Of a stretch of 64,000 nucleotides of DNA, positions 50,331 through 62,299 are shown piece after piece. Source of the stretch: Adineta vaga (lineage: Eukaryota; Animalia; Rotifera); contig CP075493.1 of NCBI GenBank assembly GCA_021613535.1, positions 14,260,001 to 14,324,000 of the forward strand, written 5' to 3'. Every line of letters begins with the position of its first letter. Within the stretch, counting starts at the first letter, position 1. Made by a program: the position numbers and the translations under genes. The notes beneath the pieces are model-generated. The model saw nothing but the letters and a program-made list of their open reading frames with translations. It made no database searches and had not been told where the DNA came from.

Positions 50331-51039
50331 GGGCGTACATATCTCAAACACATCGTCTCAATCAGATTTTCTCTGAGAAGACAGAAGATCTACCTGGACT
50401 CGAAAAACTGCTTCGATAATGAAACTGAATTTTATGTAATTTAACTTTAGAACTGTAAAAAAAGTCGTTATTTTAATCGTATAAACAAGATATTCATGAT
50501 GACATGGACTACATATGACTCATTAATGTTTTCGTTTTGATAAACAAGTAAAAGCACAACTTACTATGGCGATTTAGAAAACGCTTATATTTTTTTTCTT
50601 TCCTTTCTTTTCTTCTCATCTCGCCCATCATGTTATTGATGGAAAACCGTATCGTTCTCTTTTCTCTCATACGTGTTATGATGATGTCTCCCCTCGTGTT
50701 TAGCGCTTGTCTCTTCTTTTTTATACATATTTCGACCGAATTTTCTATTTCCATGCTCATTTGTTGGACACACAAATGTTCGGATAGAAATTTTCTGCCC
50801 GCACATGTAACGATACGCCTATAGATATGAGAAAATACAAATAGTCTTTCCCGTACTCGTATCTTTACTACTAACAATAAGTACGTTGAATTTTTTGATT
50901 TTTTTCCCTCGTTCTTATTGTGAAGTACATATTATCTTTTATTGGTCGACTTTTTTTTATATGAAATGAAAGAAAGAGAAAGAAACGAAGATCTCAACTT
51001 TGCTTCTTCTTCTTCTTCTTCTTAGCAAATACAATATTG

Positions 51040-52767
51040 ATGGATAATCTACGTTTACGTGCTATACTTTTAAATCTTCAAGATCGTCTGAGTAATGATG
51101 ATCGAAAACGTCTTCATTTCTATTTTGGCAATGATATTCCACGAAGAATTCGAGATGATCCATCACTAGGTGGCACTCTCAATTTAATGGATTCTCTTTT
51201 CGATCAAGATAAAATTAACGATGAAGATTTTACTTATCTTATCAATGCTTTCGATCAAATTCGTTGTTTAGATGCAGTCAAATTGTTAAAAGGTAATTCC
51301 GTTTTCTTTGCGATTGATTTCTAATTATTTTCGATTATGTTTAGAACATTTAAATCGAAAGGCTACGTTTGGATTAAATCAATCGATGCAGAGTTTATAG
51401 TAATAATGCCACCGATCTTGGATAAACTTCTTCAGGATGCTGACGAAGATGACGATGGTCAACAAATGGTATCCTCTTGTAAGTAAGATACGGTTTGATA
51501 TTTTATTCTAATTTCAACTGTATTTTAGCTCTTGTTATCAAACAAAATCCTCGTGATACAAATATTCTTGAGCAACGCAAAGATTCATCTTTAATAATAA
51601 CAAGAAAATCCTTGTTTCGAAAATGTATTTTTGCATTTATTTTCTTCTTAATTATTGTGTCTTTAATTTCCTTCTCTTTCTGGAATTATATGAGTATCGG
51701 TCAACTAAAATTAAAACATATAGAAGTAAATAAGATGATACAAGAAATACAAATCAGTCAAAATAACCACCTTAACTTAGTGAAACAATTACAAAATCAA
51801 TCAATAATGATGATGATCAATAAAAGTAAATGAAATATTTTTTATTCAATTCGAACGATATGTTTACAGAAGAATTTTTTTTCCAGAATCAAAATTTAAA
51901 CTATACGCCAAAATTGTTGCAGGAGGAAATAAACATGGAGATGAATTAAATCAATTATCTGGTCCTGATGGGATATTCATTGATGAAGAGAAGACGATGT
52001 TTATTACTGATTATTATAACCATACTATTATCAAATGGAAATATAATGAAAAGATAGGAGAAATTATTGCAGGTGGAAATGGAAATGGAACGAGATTGGA
52101 TCAATTGTATTGTCCAACAGATACAATTGTTGATGAAGAAAGTAGTTCGATCATCATTGCTGATCGATGGAATAATCGAGTGATTCGATGGTTTAATCGT
52201 CGACAACAAGAAATTCTTATTGATAATATTGTTTGTTATGGTTTAACAATGGATAGTCAAGGTTTTCTCTATGTCTCTGATACAGACAAGAATGAAGTGA
52301 AACGATGGAAAATTGGAGACAAACAAATGTTAGTAGCTGGTGGAAATGGAAAAGGAAATCAACTTAATCAACTCAATGGTCCTACTCACATCTTTGTTGA
52401 TGAAGATTATTCTCTTTATGTATCAGATGGAGGAAATCATCGTGTAATGAAATGGCAAAAAAATGCGAGTGAAGGAATTGTTGTAGCTGGAGGAAATGGT
52501 CAAGGTGGAAATCTTAATCAATTGTTTTATCCTTCAGGATTAGTTGTCGATCGATGGGGTCAAATCTATATAGCTGATTGTTATAATCATCGAATCATGC
52601 GATGGTCTGAAGGAGATAAAGAAGGTGAAATTGTAGTTGGTGGAAATGGCAAAGGCAATGGATTAAATCAACTGAACACTCCTCGTGGTTTAACATTTGA
52701 TCTGAATGGAAATCTTTATGTTGCAGATTCTTGGAATAGTCGAATCGTTCGATTTGATTTACTTTGA
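51040..52767 (+). CDS. DED + single TM + coiled-coil stalk + six NHL repeats; 4 exons, 1-nt deletion near 51398 in exon 2
   Basis: DED MDNLRLRAILLNLQDRLSNDDRKRLHFYFGNDIPRR...AFDQIRCLDAVKLLK; RKSLFRKC then IFAFIFFLIIVSLISFSFW. Last exon from 51887 has repeated VAGGNGxGxxLNQLxxPxGxxVD...YVAD..NHR. Exons approx. 51040-51292, 51345-51478, 51529-51826, 51887-52767. Confidence 0.8.
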
Positions 52768-52886
52768 AAGTTTAATCGAAAAACAACTTCAAAATTTTGA
52801 AACAAGAAAACTAGTTTTGTTTACTGATTTTTATTTTTGATATATTTTGTGAATTTGTCTCATTTCGATCAAGCATTGCTAGGTCT

Positions 52887-55378
52887 TTATTTCTGACATT
52901 TTGTGTTGACTGATGCACCAAGTAATTGTGATGACAATGGCAACATCAGTGAAACATTAGTCGTTGTCGCATCGGAAGCACATCCTTGGCCATATCCCAC
53001 TCGATCGACTATTACTCTCAGTGTTCCATTTACTTGCAATGGATGTGAAGCAGTAATAGTAAAATCAACATTAGTTTCACTGAATAGATAAGCACCAGCA
53101 TGAGACAATTGTATATTTATCTCGAAGAGTGAACTTTTACATGAGAAGCTAGTGTTAACATTCGCCCATAGAACAAATGAAGCACGCTTTAATGAAGGCC
53201 ACATTGTTCCATGAAAAAGATGATTGGTTGATATGCATGAAAAGACTTGTTGATCATTGTACTGTTTAATTACAGTGGGCATCAATGCCAATGATACGTT
53301 CGGTAAGATCATGTAACGATAATCAAGTGTGTATGGCCCTTGTCCGTGATCTAACCAGATAGTTACCGTACGAGCTGTTACTGTATAATTGTAAGCACCA
53401 ATCGTGTCAAAATTTCCTGTTTTTATACCAAAATTAATACCGACAGATGCATATAGTCCTTGATTTTGTAAAAGATAACCGAAATCTGTTTCACCTAGAT
53501 GTATCCATTGAACATTCGATGTTGCATTGCTCGACGAATATGGAAATGAATAATTTCCATCGGATAAAGTAAGAATAGTGGAATTAAAAAAACCAACAGT
53601 AATGTCACCTGTTTTATATAAACGGCTGGCCAATGTTGTCCAAGCTCGATTAGCTGTAGTCAATGTAAGATTTGTAGCAAGAGCAATAATAGCATCATCA
53701 TAGAAATGCCACGATCGTTGTGCTGTTAAATTATGTGTTGCCGTATCCATCATAGCCATTCCATAAAAATCATCACTTACACCTCCGACAAACGGTAATC
53801 TTATCAATGAAGCAGGTACATCATTACACATGACTAGAGGAATATCATGTTCAACAGTAATACCATTGATTGATTGCCAATCAAGTAAAGGAAAGAAAAA
53901 GACATAATCATTAGCGTCTGTAGTAAACAAATTGAGTACACCTTGACCAGTATGTTCACGTTTCAGATTTTCTCCATTTCCACATTCATCGGGATTAGTA
54001 CGAACGGATTGCATTTTAATAGCACTCGTCCAATTTTGACGACGATGAACATGGTAATCTGATGTATAGAAATGTTTATTTCCAATCAATGCACTCGCAT
54101 TGGGAAAATGATCTAGACGATCAGCAAAATTTAATAAATTATTTCGAAGATTGATCGTTGGTATAACTTGTGCTAAAGCTCTTATATGTTGCGTTTTATA
54201 AGGAACGAGATAACCTCTATCGGGACGAGTAATTGCTCTTCCTTTCACGTGCCAATCCCATTGATTAGTAATGGCCATCCATGCGTCACCATCATGAGAA
54301 ATCGTGCAAAAAGTATCAGTTTCTCGAGATCTGGTGCATATTGTGTGTCAACACTGCACAAAAAGAATGAAAAAATATTTTGTGCCCAATCTGCACCATA
54401 AGCAGCGGAGAGTAATTGTGTACCATGAAAATGATAAGCAAAATCATTTTGTACACCTTCTTTATTTAACGGTTGAATCATAATATCTTGCCACATACGA
54501 GTAAATCCTTGTTCGATGCCCGTAAGATTACGCGTGGCCAACGATCGATACAATTGTGCTTGAATCATCCATACTAGATTACAACCAGTTGTCCACTGAT
54601 CACCTATCAATTGGAAGTAAAAATACCGAAAAAGAGTGTCAACAACAAACACGTCGAAAAAAGTATGTCCAAAAAAAATGTCGATCATATGAAAAGTCAG
54701 ATTTTTTCCAAACAGGGTGTGAGTGAAGGTTTCTAGATAAGCATGATATCTGCACTCTTCGCTCAGCTATCAACCTTAGCCTCACCTTCGCAGTCTCACT
54801 GTCTTTCTAATATTTCGATATACTTGGCTTAGTCTTTTTACTATTTACTCACCTGACCACCAATTGGCGCGATATGAAATTTCTTTGATTTTTTCTAATT
54901 CAAAACTGGTGACATTGTCTCCTAACATCAATAAATGACCAGTGGTAGATATGGGAATAGAAATTCGATTCCACCACCAATTCGGATTTTGCCAATCTCT
55001 TGTTAACCAAACGTTTAATGCACAATGTGCAGCAGATAATAATCTGGTATTATTTCGTTGAGTCGAACCATTGACAGTCAATGCTTGTATCATCACAGTA
55101 ACTCGTGATATATGGATTGCTGTTAACCAATTAGCACGACCTTGATCAGTATAATTAACATCTAGCCAATAACAAGAACTATTCAATGTTTGAGCATATC
55201 GAAGTGCATTTTCGACTATGGATGGAATAGAATTAGGATTTGGCCAAATCATTTGTTCTAGAACACGTTGTCGAATAATGGAAATATCATCATTTGGTGG
55301 ACGTGTCGAAATGCACAATGATATAGATGAACAAAGAAAGACAATCTTCAGAATAGATATACTCTGGTATATTAACAT
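52887..55378 (-). CDS. Polysaccharide lyase family 8 (chondroitin AC/hyaluronate lyase-like), secreted; intron 54604-54852, 1-nt frameshift near 54294
   Basis: NPNWWWNRISIP, TGCNLVW, EGVQNDFAYHFHGTQLLSAAYG (catalytic His/Tyr), VKGRAITRP (catalytic Arg), GNKHFYTSDYHVHRR, ECGNGENLK, DWQSINGIT, FVGGVSD. Confidence 0.9.
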
Positions 55379-55609
55379 CGTAAGAATAAGTGTTTCTATA
55401 GAAAAAAAAACTTGTGCTGTAGGTATCTTATATGGTATGCTTATCAATAAAGAGATAATGAGATAGAAACATACCTTTCTCTTGCTTTTTAACAACGAGA
55501 AAAACAGACAAATTATTATCAACGATACTTGTAGGAACATTATTTTTATTAAAAAAATAAATAAATGTAACTAAGTTATTTGCAGGATTTACTAAGCGAA
55601 AAAGTTTGT

Positions 55610-57327
55610 TCATAGTAATGTCGATTTCTTCAATGAAAGATTCAGTCGATTATTTATAACATGAATTGTATTCTTTATCTCTCTTAACATACTCTCCATT
55701 TCATGCATTCTTGATTCATTTGAAATAGTCTTTGTTTCTACTTCGACAGTTCGGTTATTTGTTTCACGTTGAATTGTCATTATTTCAGGAAGACCAATTA
55801 CATGATCGGTTAGTTGCAATCTTGCTCGTTTTATTTCTCGAACAACGGATATTGAACCAAAGAATTTTCTTTCAGTGCTCATATATTCGATCGACCGGTG
55901 TCTGCTCATGTTTTTCAATCGCCACATTTTCCAACTATAATGAATAATATTAGCAGCATGATGTTTTTGTGTTTTAGCCAATTCGATGTTAAGGACAAAG
56001 TTATAGATATATTTTTCCCGACGACTCAGCAACAATTTTTGTGAAAGAACAGCAATCAAAAAAGCAGTAACTGTCACACCAGTCAAAGCTGTGAGAGTAG
56101 CCACACCTATAATATCAACCATCGAATATATGTTCACCCTAATAACATTCATCTTTACCTCGTCCACAATATGTACTTGGAATTATATCGCCATAACCTA
56201 GAATAAAAAGGAATGCTATATTTGTTTTTATCAAAGAGTAACTGAGAATAAGACCAACAGTCGTAAATAAAGTTACAAATAGCCACATGGAATTGAATAT
56301 GGATAAATGTTCATGATTTGTTGAATAATTACATGCTCGAAATGACCAACTACCAATCGAAAATATTAATGTACAAAAAGTGATCAAACAAAATGTTGGT
56401 GATTGTTCGAGATAAACTTTCATGATGAAGAAAAAGTTAATTGGCACTTTATTCAGATATCCAATCGATCGTGATGATGAATCTCGAAGAAATCGAGAAT
56501 GAAAAGTAATGACACGACATAACAAATACAATCTAGCAAACACTAAAAATATGTTTCACTGAGATATATGTAATGTATAGAGATAGTGTTGTGACTTACT
56601 TGGTAAACCAAGCATGACATCCATTGGAATAAATGATAGGGGAATGGTACTTGATACAGATATAGTAGTGTTGACATTGTTTTGTTTGAATTTCAATTCA
56701 TGATAATTTTTCAATCCACGAGGAAATGGATGAATAGCACAGATGAAGATTTTTACAAGAATTTTGATGATTTTTGAACTAGTTAATCCAACATACCAAT
56801 GTTGAAGTGAATTATTGACAGAATAGAGAAGCATATTTAAATAATGATAATAAATGAGAAGAAGAATTAGGATAACAGTTGATATTGTCAAAATGAATTT
56901 GATGAGCCAAGTCATATATGTTTCATGATGATCAGGTGAAACAAAGGTTAATTCATTTGTTAATATCATCAAAACAATGCCAGGTAATGCAATTAAACAT
57001 ATCATATCATTTACCAGAGAACTATGTAATATAGACATAAATTGTATAAACTGAAGAAGAATAGTAAATAGCTTACCATTTTTGTTGTAATTGTTTGCGT
57101 TTGGTTAATCGACGACTAACATCTGCTAGATCATCAATCTTTTTAGTTTTGTTTGATTTTTCACGATTTTCTTTCAGAAGAGTAACTCTCTCACTTCTCA
57201 CCGATGATGGACGACGATAAGAATTCATTGTTGATGATACTGGTATTTCATCATGTGGTTGGTTATAATTAGCATTCGTTGTTAAATTGCTAATCAGCAA
57301 TTCATACGAATTTACATCTGAAGCCAT
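55610..57327 (-). CDS. Small-conductance Ca2+-activated K+ channel (SK/KCNN family); 5 exons
   Basis: ICAIHPFP, MFARLYLLCR...SSRSIGYLNKV, pore TTVGYGD across an intron, STYCGRG, and a calmodulin-binding-like region KHHAANIIHYSW. Confidence 0.9.
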
Positions 57328-58209
57328 ATTCTGATGAGAAATACTCGAGATGTATGATATTTTTATACGTTCTAATCTGAAAGATATTAATAGAGTAAGT
57401 GAATTCAGGTTTTTCTTCTTTATTCACACTTTCAAAAACATACTCATTGGAAATGTTCAAACCTTGTAGTATTCAACCATGCATTTCTTTTCAGAAGAGG
57501 AAGGACACAAATAACATCTTGTACAACATTATAGTTACTTTTATATACCATATTTTTTTAATTGTTTCCACCCTACAGACACACAATCATTTAGCTGAAT
57601 GTACAATATATATAGTCATAACAAATACAGTTTTAATGTACAGTATAAAAGTACATCAAAGAAAAGAGAAGATGTAGTATTACATTTGACATCAATAAAA
57701 ACAAGGGTGATTCAGTCGTTTACAAGACATTTTAATTGTGAATGAAGCATAAGATATGCAACTGTTTATTGATGACATTAATTTTTAAACAAAAAATTGA
57801 ATCAATATTTCACTTGATAATGCCATACGAAGGGGTTTCTCTCTGATCTTGAGGAAGTGAGCAAAGGTGAGAATGGACAAAACACTCCGCCGTCTTTAAG
57901 ATGACTTATATAAATTTTTCTATTTTCAATCTAATGCAAGAAAGATTGAATTCTATCATCATTTTTTTCTTATCAAGAATAAAGAAGATATTCATCGTTT
58001 GACTGGATGTAATTCTTTTTTTATTTGTTTTCTTTGCCTTGTCGACATTTATGTGCACAAGAACACCAACGAAAAAAGTCCATTTATTTCATTCTTTTCG
58101 ATTCATTCTGTCATGCCGAGTAATCACGAAGTATACGTTTGCGTTTGGCTTGATAATGGAATCGAAAAACATCAGACAAAGCTATTTAGTGGTATACAAT
58201 GGATGGGTG

Positions 58210-58390
58210 TTTCTATCGTCTCGTCTAGTCAATAAAGCTTTACGCTCTCAAGATTTCGATATGCTTTCTATTCGTATGGACACAACAAGAAATCACTTTA
58301 CAGTGTATCAAGATCAAGCTATTAGCAATGATGAATTACAATTGATACTGAAGAATGTAAACGAATTTATATCAATATGAATAGTTGTCA
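58210..58390 (+). pseudogene. Fragment of an ART (ADP-ribosyltransferase) domain of the same family as the gene at 62300
   Basis: RLVNKALRSQD...TVYQDQAISNDELQLILKNVNEFIS parallels VLNKALRTQE...IYRGQAISSDEFEKIKNNKGGLLSF; the catalytic YRG has become YQD. Confidence 0.65.
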
Positions 58391-58635
58391 TTCACTCGGA
58401 AAAATTCTTCATGTCGTATAGATATCGGAAGAATTATGAGAACGCCTTTGAACACCTATAATAGTAGTCTGATGATTCGTGAACGTGAATTTGGTAACGA
58501 ATAAACTTTTCAATAAAAGAGAATAGATGAGAATGAGACTGTGTCCCCAGACATTTCTCCTTCATCTTCAGCCACTCCTCACACTCTACTGATGTTTATT
58601 TTTTGCATCGAATATAGTTTTAAGGTATAGATTTT

Positions 58636-60356
58636 TTACAATTTCGACCAACTGAATTGTAATGCTTGTTCTAACACCATTGCCATACTAATAGCTTTTT
58701 CTTCTTCCAATCGTCTACAAATCACTTGTAATCCGACAATAATATTTTCAAACACTTCCGGTCCTTTATATGCATCTTTGGTTGCCCGATCATACTCACT
58801 TGCTAGATCAATATTACGATACTCGTCGGTAATCTGATCTAACTTAAGATCAACTCGAGTGACTGGAAGGACTACTGAACTCAATTGAAGTATATTTGCA
58901 ATACCACTGTAGCCAAGATCAAGTTTGAAACCAGTTGGATAAGCTGGTAATGGAATAACTGGTGAAATAATGCCATCAACCGGACGACCTGTAGACGTTA
59001 TTTCACTTGTCTTATTCCATTTTGTAAGATATTCTGTTGCATACTTCGTACGAGCTGCATTTACTTGCCAATATTCATAAACACTAAGCTCAGTATTCTT
59101 TGATCCAACAAAAACACCAGGTTGTTTTGGTTCGCCGCTTAAATCAAGAGCCACCTGAACGTCTTTTCCACCGTCAGCCGTAGACATTTGTGATAGCATG
59201 ATCATGGCCTAAATGTTGAACAAACTAGTTTTCAGCGTATGATAAGAAAGGTACTAACTTGTAGATGATCAGATGTGTCCCATTCGATGACTTCATGACC
59301 GACTTTTCGCACAGCCGCAACAGCAATATCGATTGCTCGTTGAACAGGCGGAGAAAGATGAGCAAGACCATCAAATCGAATTATACCAAAGCATAATTTA
59401 CTCGATTGACCTTCTTTGTACATATTCTCTCTCCATGGAATATTGTGTACCTTTGGATCAACTAACCATGGTTTCACTTCTGTTATCAATTTGAGAATCG
59501 TTCTAATATTTGCGAGAGATCTTGTTATTGGACCTACGACACTTGGAACTGATTCTTGTCCTTCAAGTGAATTTTTTGCCAATCCATAAGGAATTCGACC
59601 ATCAGACGGTCGTAAACCATATATACCGTTTACTGCTGCCGGAATTCGGACACTTCCACCGATATCTGTTCCAAAACCACAAATACTTCCTTTTAATGCA
59701 ACAAGACTTCCTTCGCCGCCTGAACTACCACCACAACTTAGTTCTCGATTTCGTGGATTGATAGTTACACCAAGCAGATTACTACGAGTTTCAGGAAGCA
59801 TAATAGTTTGAGGTGCAGCCGTCTTGACATAAACCACTGCTCCCAGAGAAAGTATACAATCAACAAGTATCGAATTGTATTCCATGATGTCTCCTAAATA
59901 ACCAACATAGCCCATGGCAGTTTCGACTCCTTTAATATTGAATTGATCTTTGAAACTAATCGGAATACCATGAAGTGGCCCCATTGTTTTTCCTCCAGTT
60001 GATATAAAATAATCATCGAGACTTCGAGCTCGATTAAATGCTTGTTCGAAGAATATTTCTGCTAGACAATTGGTGAGTTGATGAGCAATAGCGGCACGTT
60101 TACAATAAGCTTCTGTGACTTGTACTGCAGTGTATCTACCGTTAGCAATGTGACTGGCAAGTTCATCAATATCATCAATTTCTGTTATTTCCAAATCGAG
60201 CTTGGATAAAATTCCACATTGCGAAGGAACACGAGTACAATCTTTTGGTAGTGATTTCAAAATCGATTCAGAAAGTCTCCATTCATTTGGAATTAAGCCC
60301 AAAAGTGATGTACGCTTTCTAATAGCTTTCTCTTTCCACATGTTTATCGACGACAT
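58636..60356 (-). CDS. Amidase-signature enzyme (fungal acetamidase/AmdS-like); 2 exons (intron 59209-59258)
   Basis: AHQLTNCLAEIFF, GPLHGIPISFKD (Lys), CGGSSGGEG (cis-Ser), GTDIGGSVRIPA (Ser nucleophile), VGLQVICRRLEEEK. Confidence 0.92.
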
Positions 60357-60606
60357 AAAGAATGACTACGTAAAGTAACAGATTTATCTATCCTTGCTCT
60401 AGCAAGATAAAGAAAAGAACAAAGTAAAAGACAACAGATACTCATTGACAAAAAAGATGCTGATGTCAGCCTTCATCTTGAGAGTTTGGATGTGAACGCA
60501 AACGAGCTGAAACAAGTGCTTTTTTAAAATCCGTTTTGCAGTGATTATCTTTCTAAATTTCTAATAGAACACGGTTATTTTTGTATATGAATAGCAGACA
60601 AATGAT

Positions 60607-61713
60607 ATGACTTATCTATGTTTATGTGATCTTGATCGACGAGCAAATCGTTTTGATTTCGAACATAAAACTACCTTTAATTTTCGTGGTCAGGATTTTT
60701 GTGAAAATCAAGCTCATTGTTTGAAAAATGATCCACAATGTCCAACTACATCGGTTTGTGCTTGTCAACCATGTTATTGCGGTTTGACATGTCGATTTTC
60801 TACTATGAAGGATCGACTCTTCTGTTAGATATTATTCTAGGCCATAGAATTGATCCAGAGATTAAACTTACCGAATAACCACATGTTGTTAAAGTGTCTA
60901 TTGCTATTACAATGATCCTCTCGTGTCTCGGTTTGATTAGCAATTTTATGTCCTATATAACTTTTCGAAGACAAAGAAATACGTCAAATCGGATGTGGGA
61001 TTTATTTATTTGTATCATCGATTGTATCATTGATAATTATGAGTGTTTTTATGATTAAATTCTGATGATTTCTTGTTCTATCACAGATTGATTCAATTGG
61101 AAATGAATCATTCGTAAATGTACAGTGTCAATTGATTGATTTTCTCCTTCGATCTCTTTTAAGTTTGAATGATTGGTTCCATGGTTGTGTTGCTATTGAA
61201 CGTGCAATAAATGTGTGTCTAGGAGTTCAATTTAATCAAAGAAAAAGCAAAAAAATAGCAAAATTGTTAATTCTATTCATAATGACTTCAACACTATGTA
61301 CCTATTTTCATGATCCCATTCATCGTCATCTTGTTTATAATGTCGAAGATGAGCAAACATGATGTGTTACTGAATATTCTTTGCCATTGAAAAAATACGA
61401 TTGGATTATCAATGTGATACATTTTTTTATACCATTTTCCATCAATTGTATTTCAGCATTGATTATTACCATCAACTCCTCTTAAAGAAGTTCTACGTCA
61501 AGAATTTCAGCAACATAAACATTTATTAATTTCACCAATACTTCTAATCACATTAGCAGTACCACGTTTGATTATCTATCACTTCTATCGCGATGTATGA
61601 AATCAAAACGAGATTCTTGGTTCTAATTTGATTAGTTATTTTATTTCATTTATTTCTCCAACTTATATAAAGAACAATTCATCAAGTCAATTCAACAATT
61701 TTTCCGATCGTAA
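60607..61713 (+). pseudogene. Decayed EGF + 7TM C-terminal part of an LDLa/EGF-GPCR
   Basis: CENQAHC...CACQPCYCGLTCRFST, DFLLR...DWFHGCVAIERA, HDPIHRHL, HFFIPFSINCISAL; many stops and frameshifts. Confidence 0.75.
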
Positions 61714-62299
61714 ATTGACCATGAAAATCTCGACGAATAACTTCTTTATTCTTGTCTCACAAAGATAGAGGCACATAGACGAAGATAGATGGTTTAAATA
61801 TTGTACGAACAGTCACATACAGCATGGTTACTTGTAAACAGAACAGCATTAACTATTTCTAGAATGCGATATTGGTTCATCACAAGTTTATAGTGTCGAA
61901 TTATATGATTCAAGAACTACCAACGAGATAATCGTAGAAAATATGAGTATCACACAGTATTGATTCACTTCAAAGAAAATTAAGTTTGCTTATTCGATTA
62001 TAAAACTTTCAATAAAACTACTCTTCTATCAATAGATCACGTAATAATAGACCGATGACCATACGAGAAAAAATCAAAGCAACTTTTACAATTCTGATAG
62101 ATTTACTTCTCAACGGATGTCAAACTCGTGTGAAAAGAAAAGAGAATGATTTCAATGGTGTGTTGTGAAAAAGAGTTTTTTTTTATTTTTTTATTTACCT
62201 AGGTAAATAGAAACAAAGGAAGTAACGCGCACGATTCTGAAAGGTAGAGTAATATAAAAACAGTATATTTTCTTTAATTTGATTCATTTTACTCTTGAC

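Noticed and set aside
50509-50877. 122-aa basic ORF
   Set aside because: Low complexity with no recognisable motif; possibly a repeat fragment, but this cannot be supported from the window alone.
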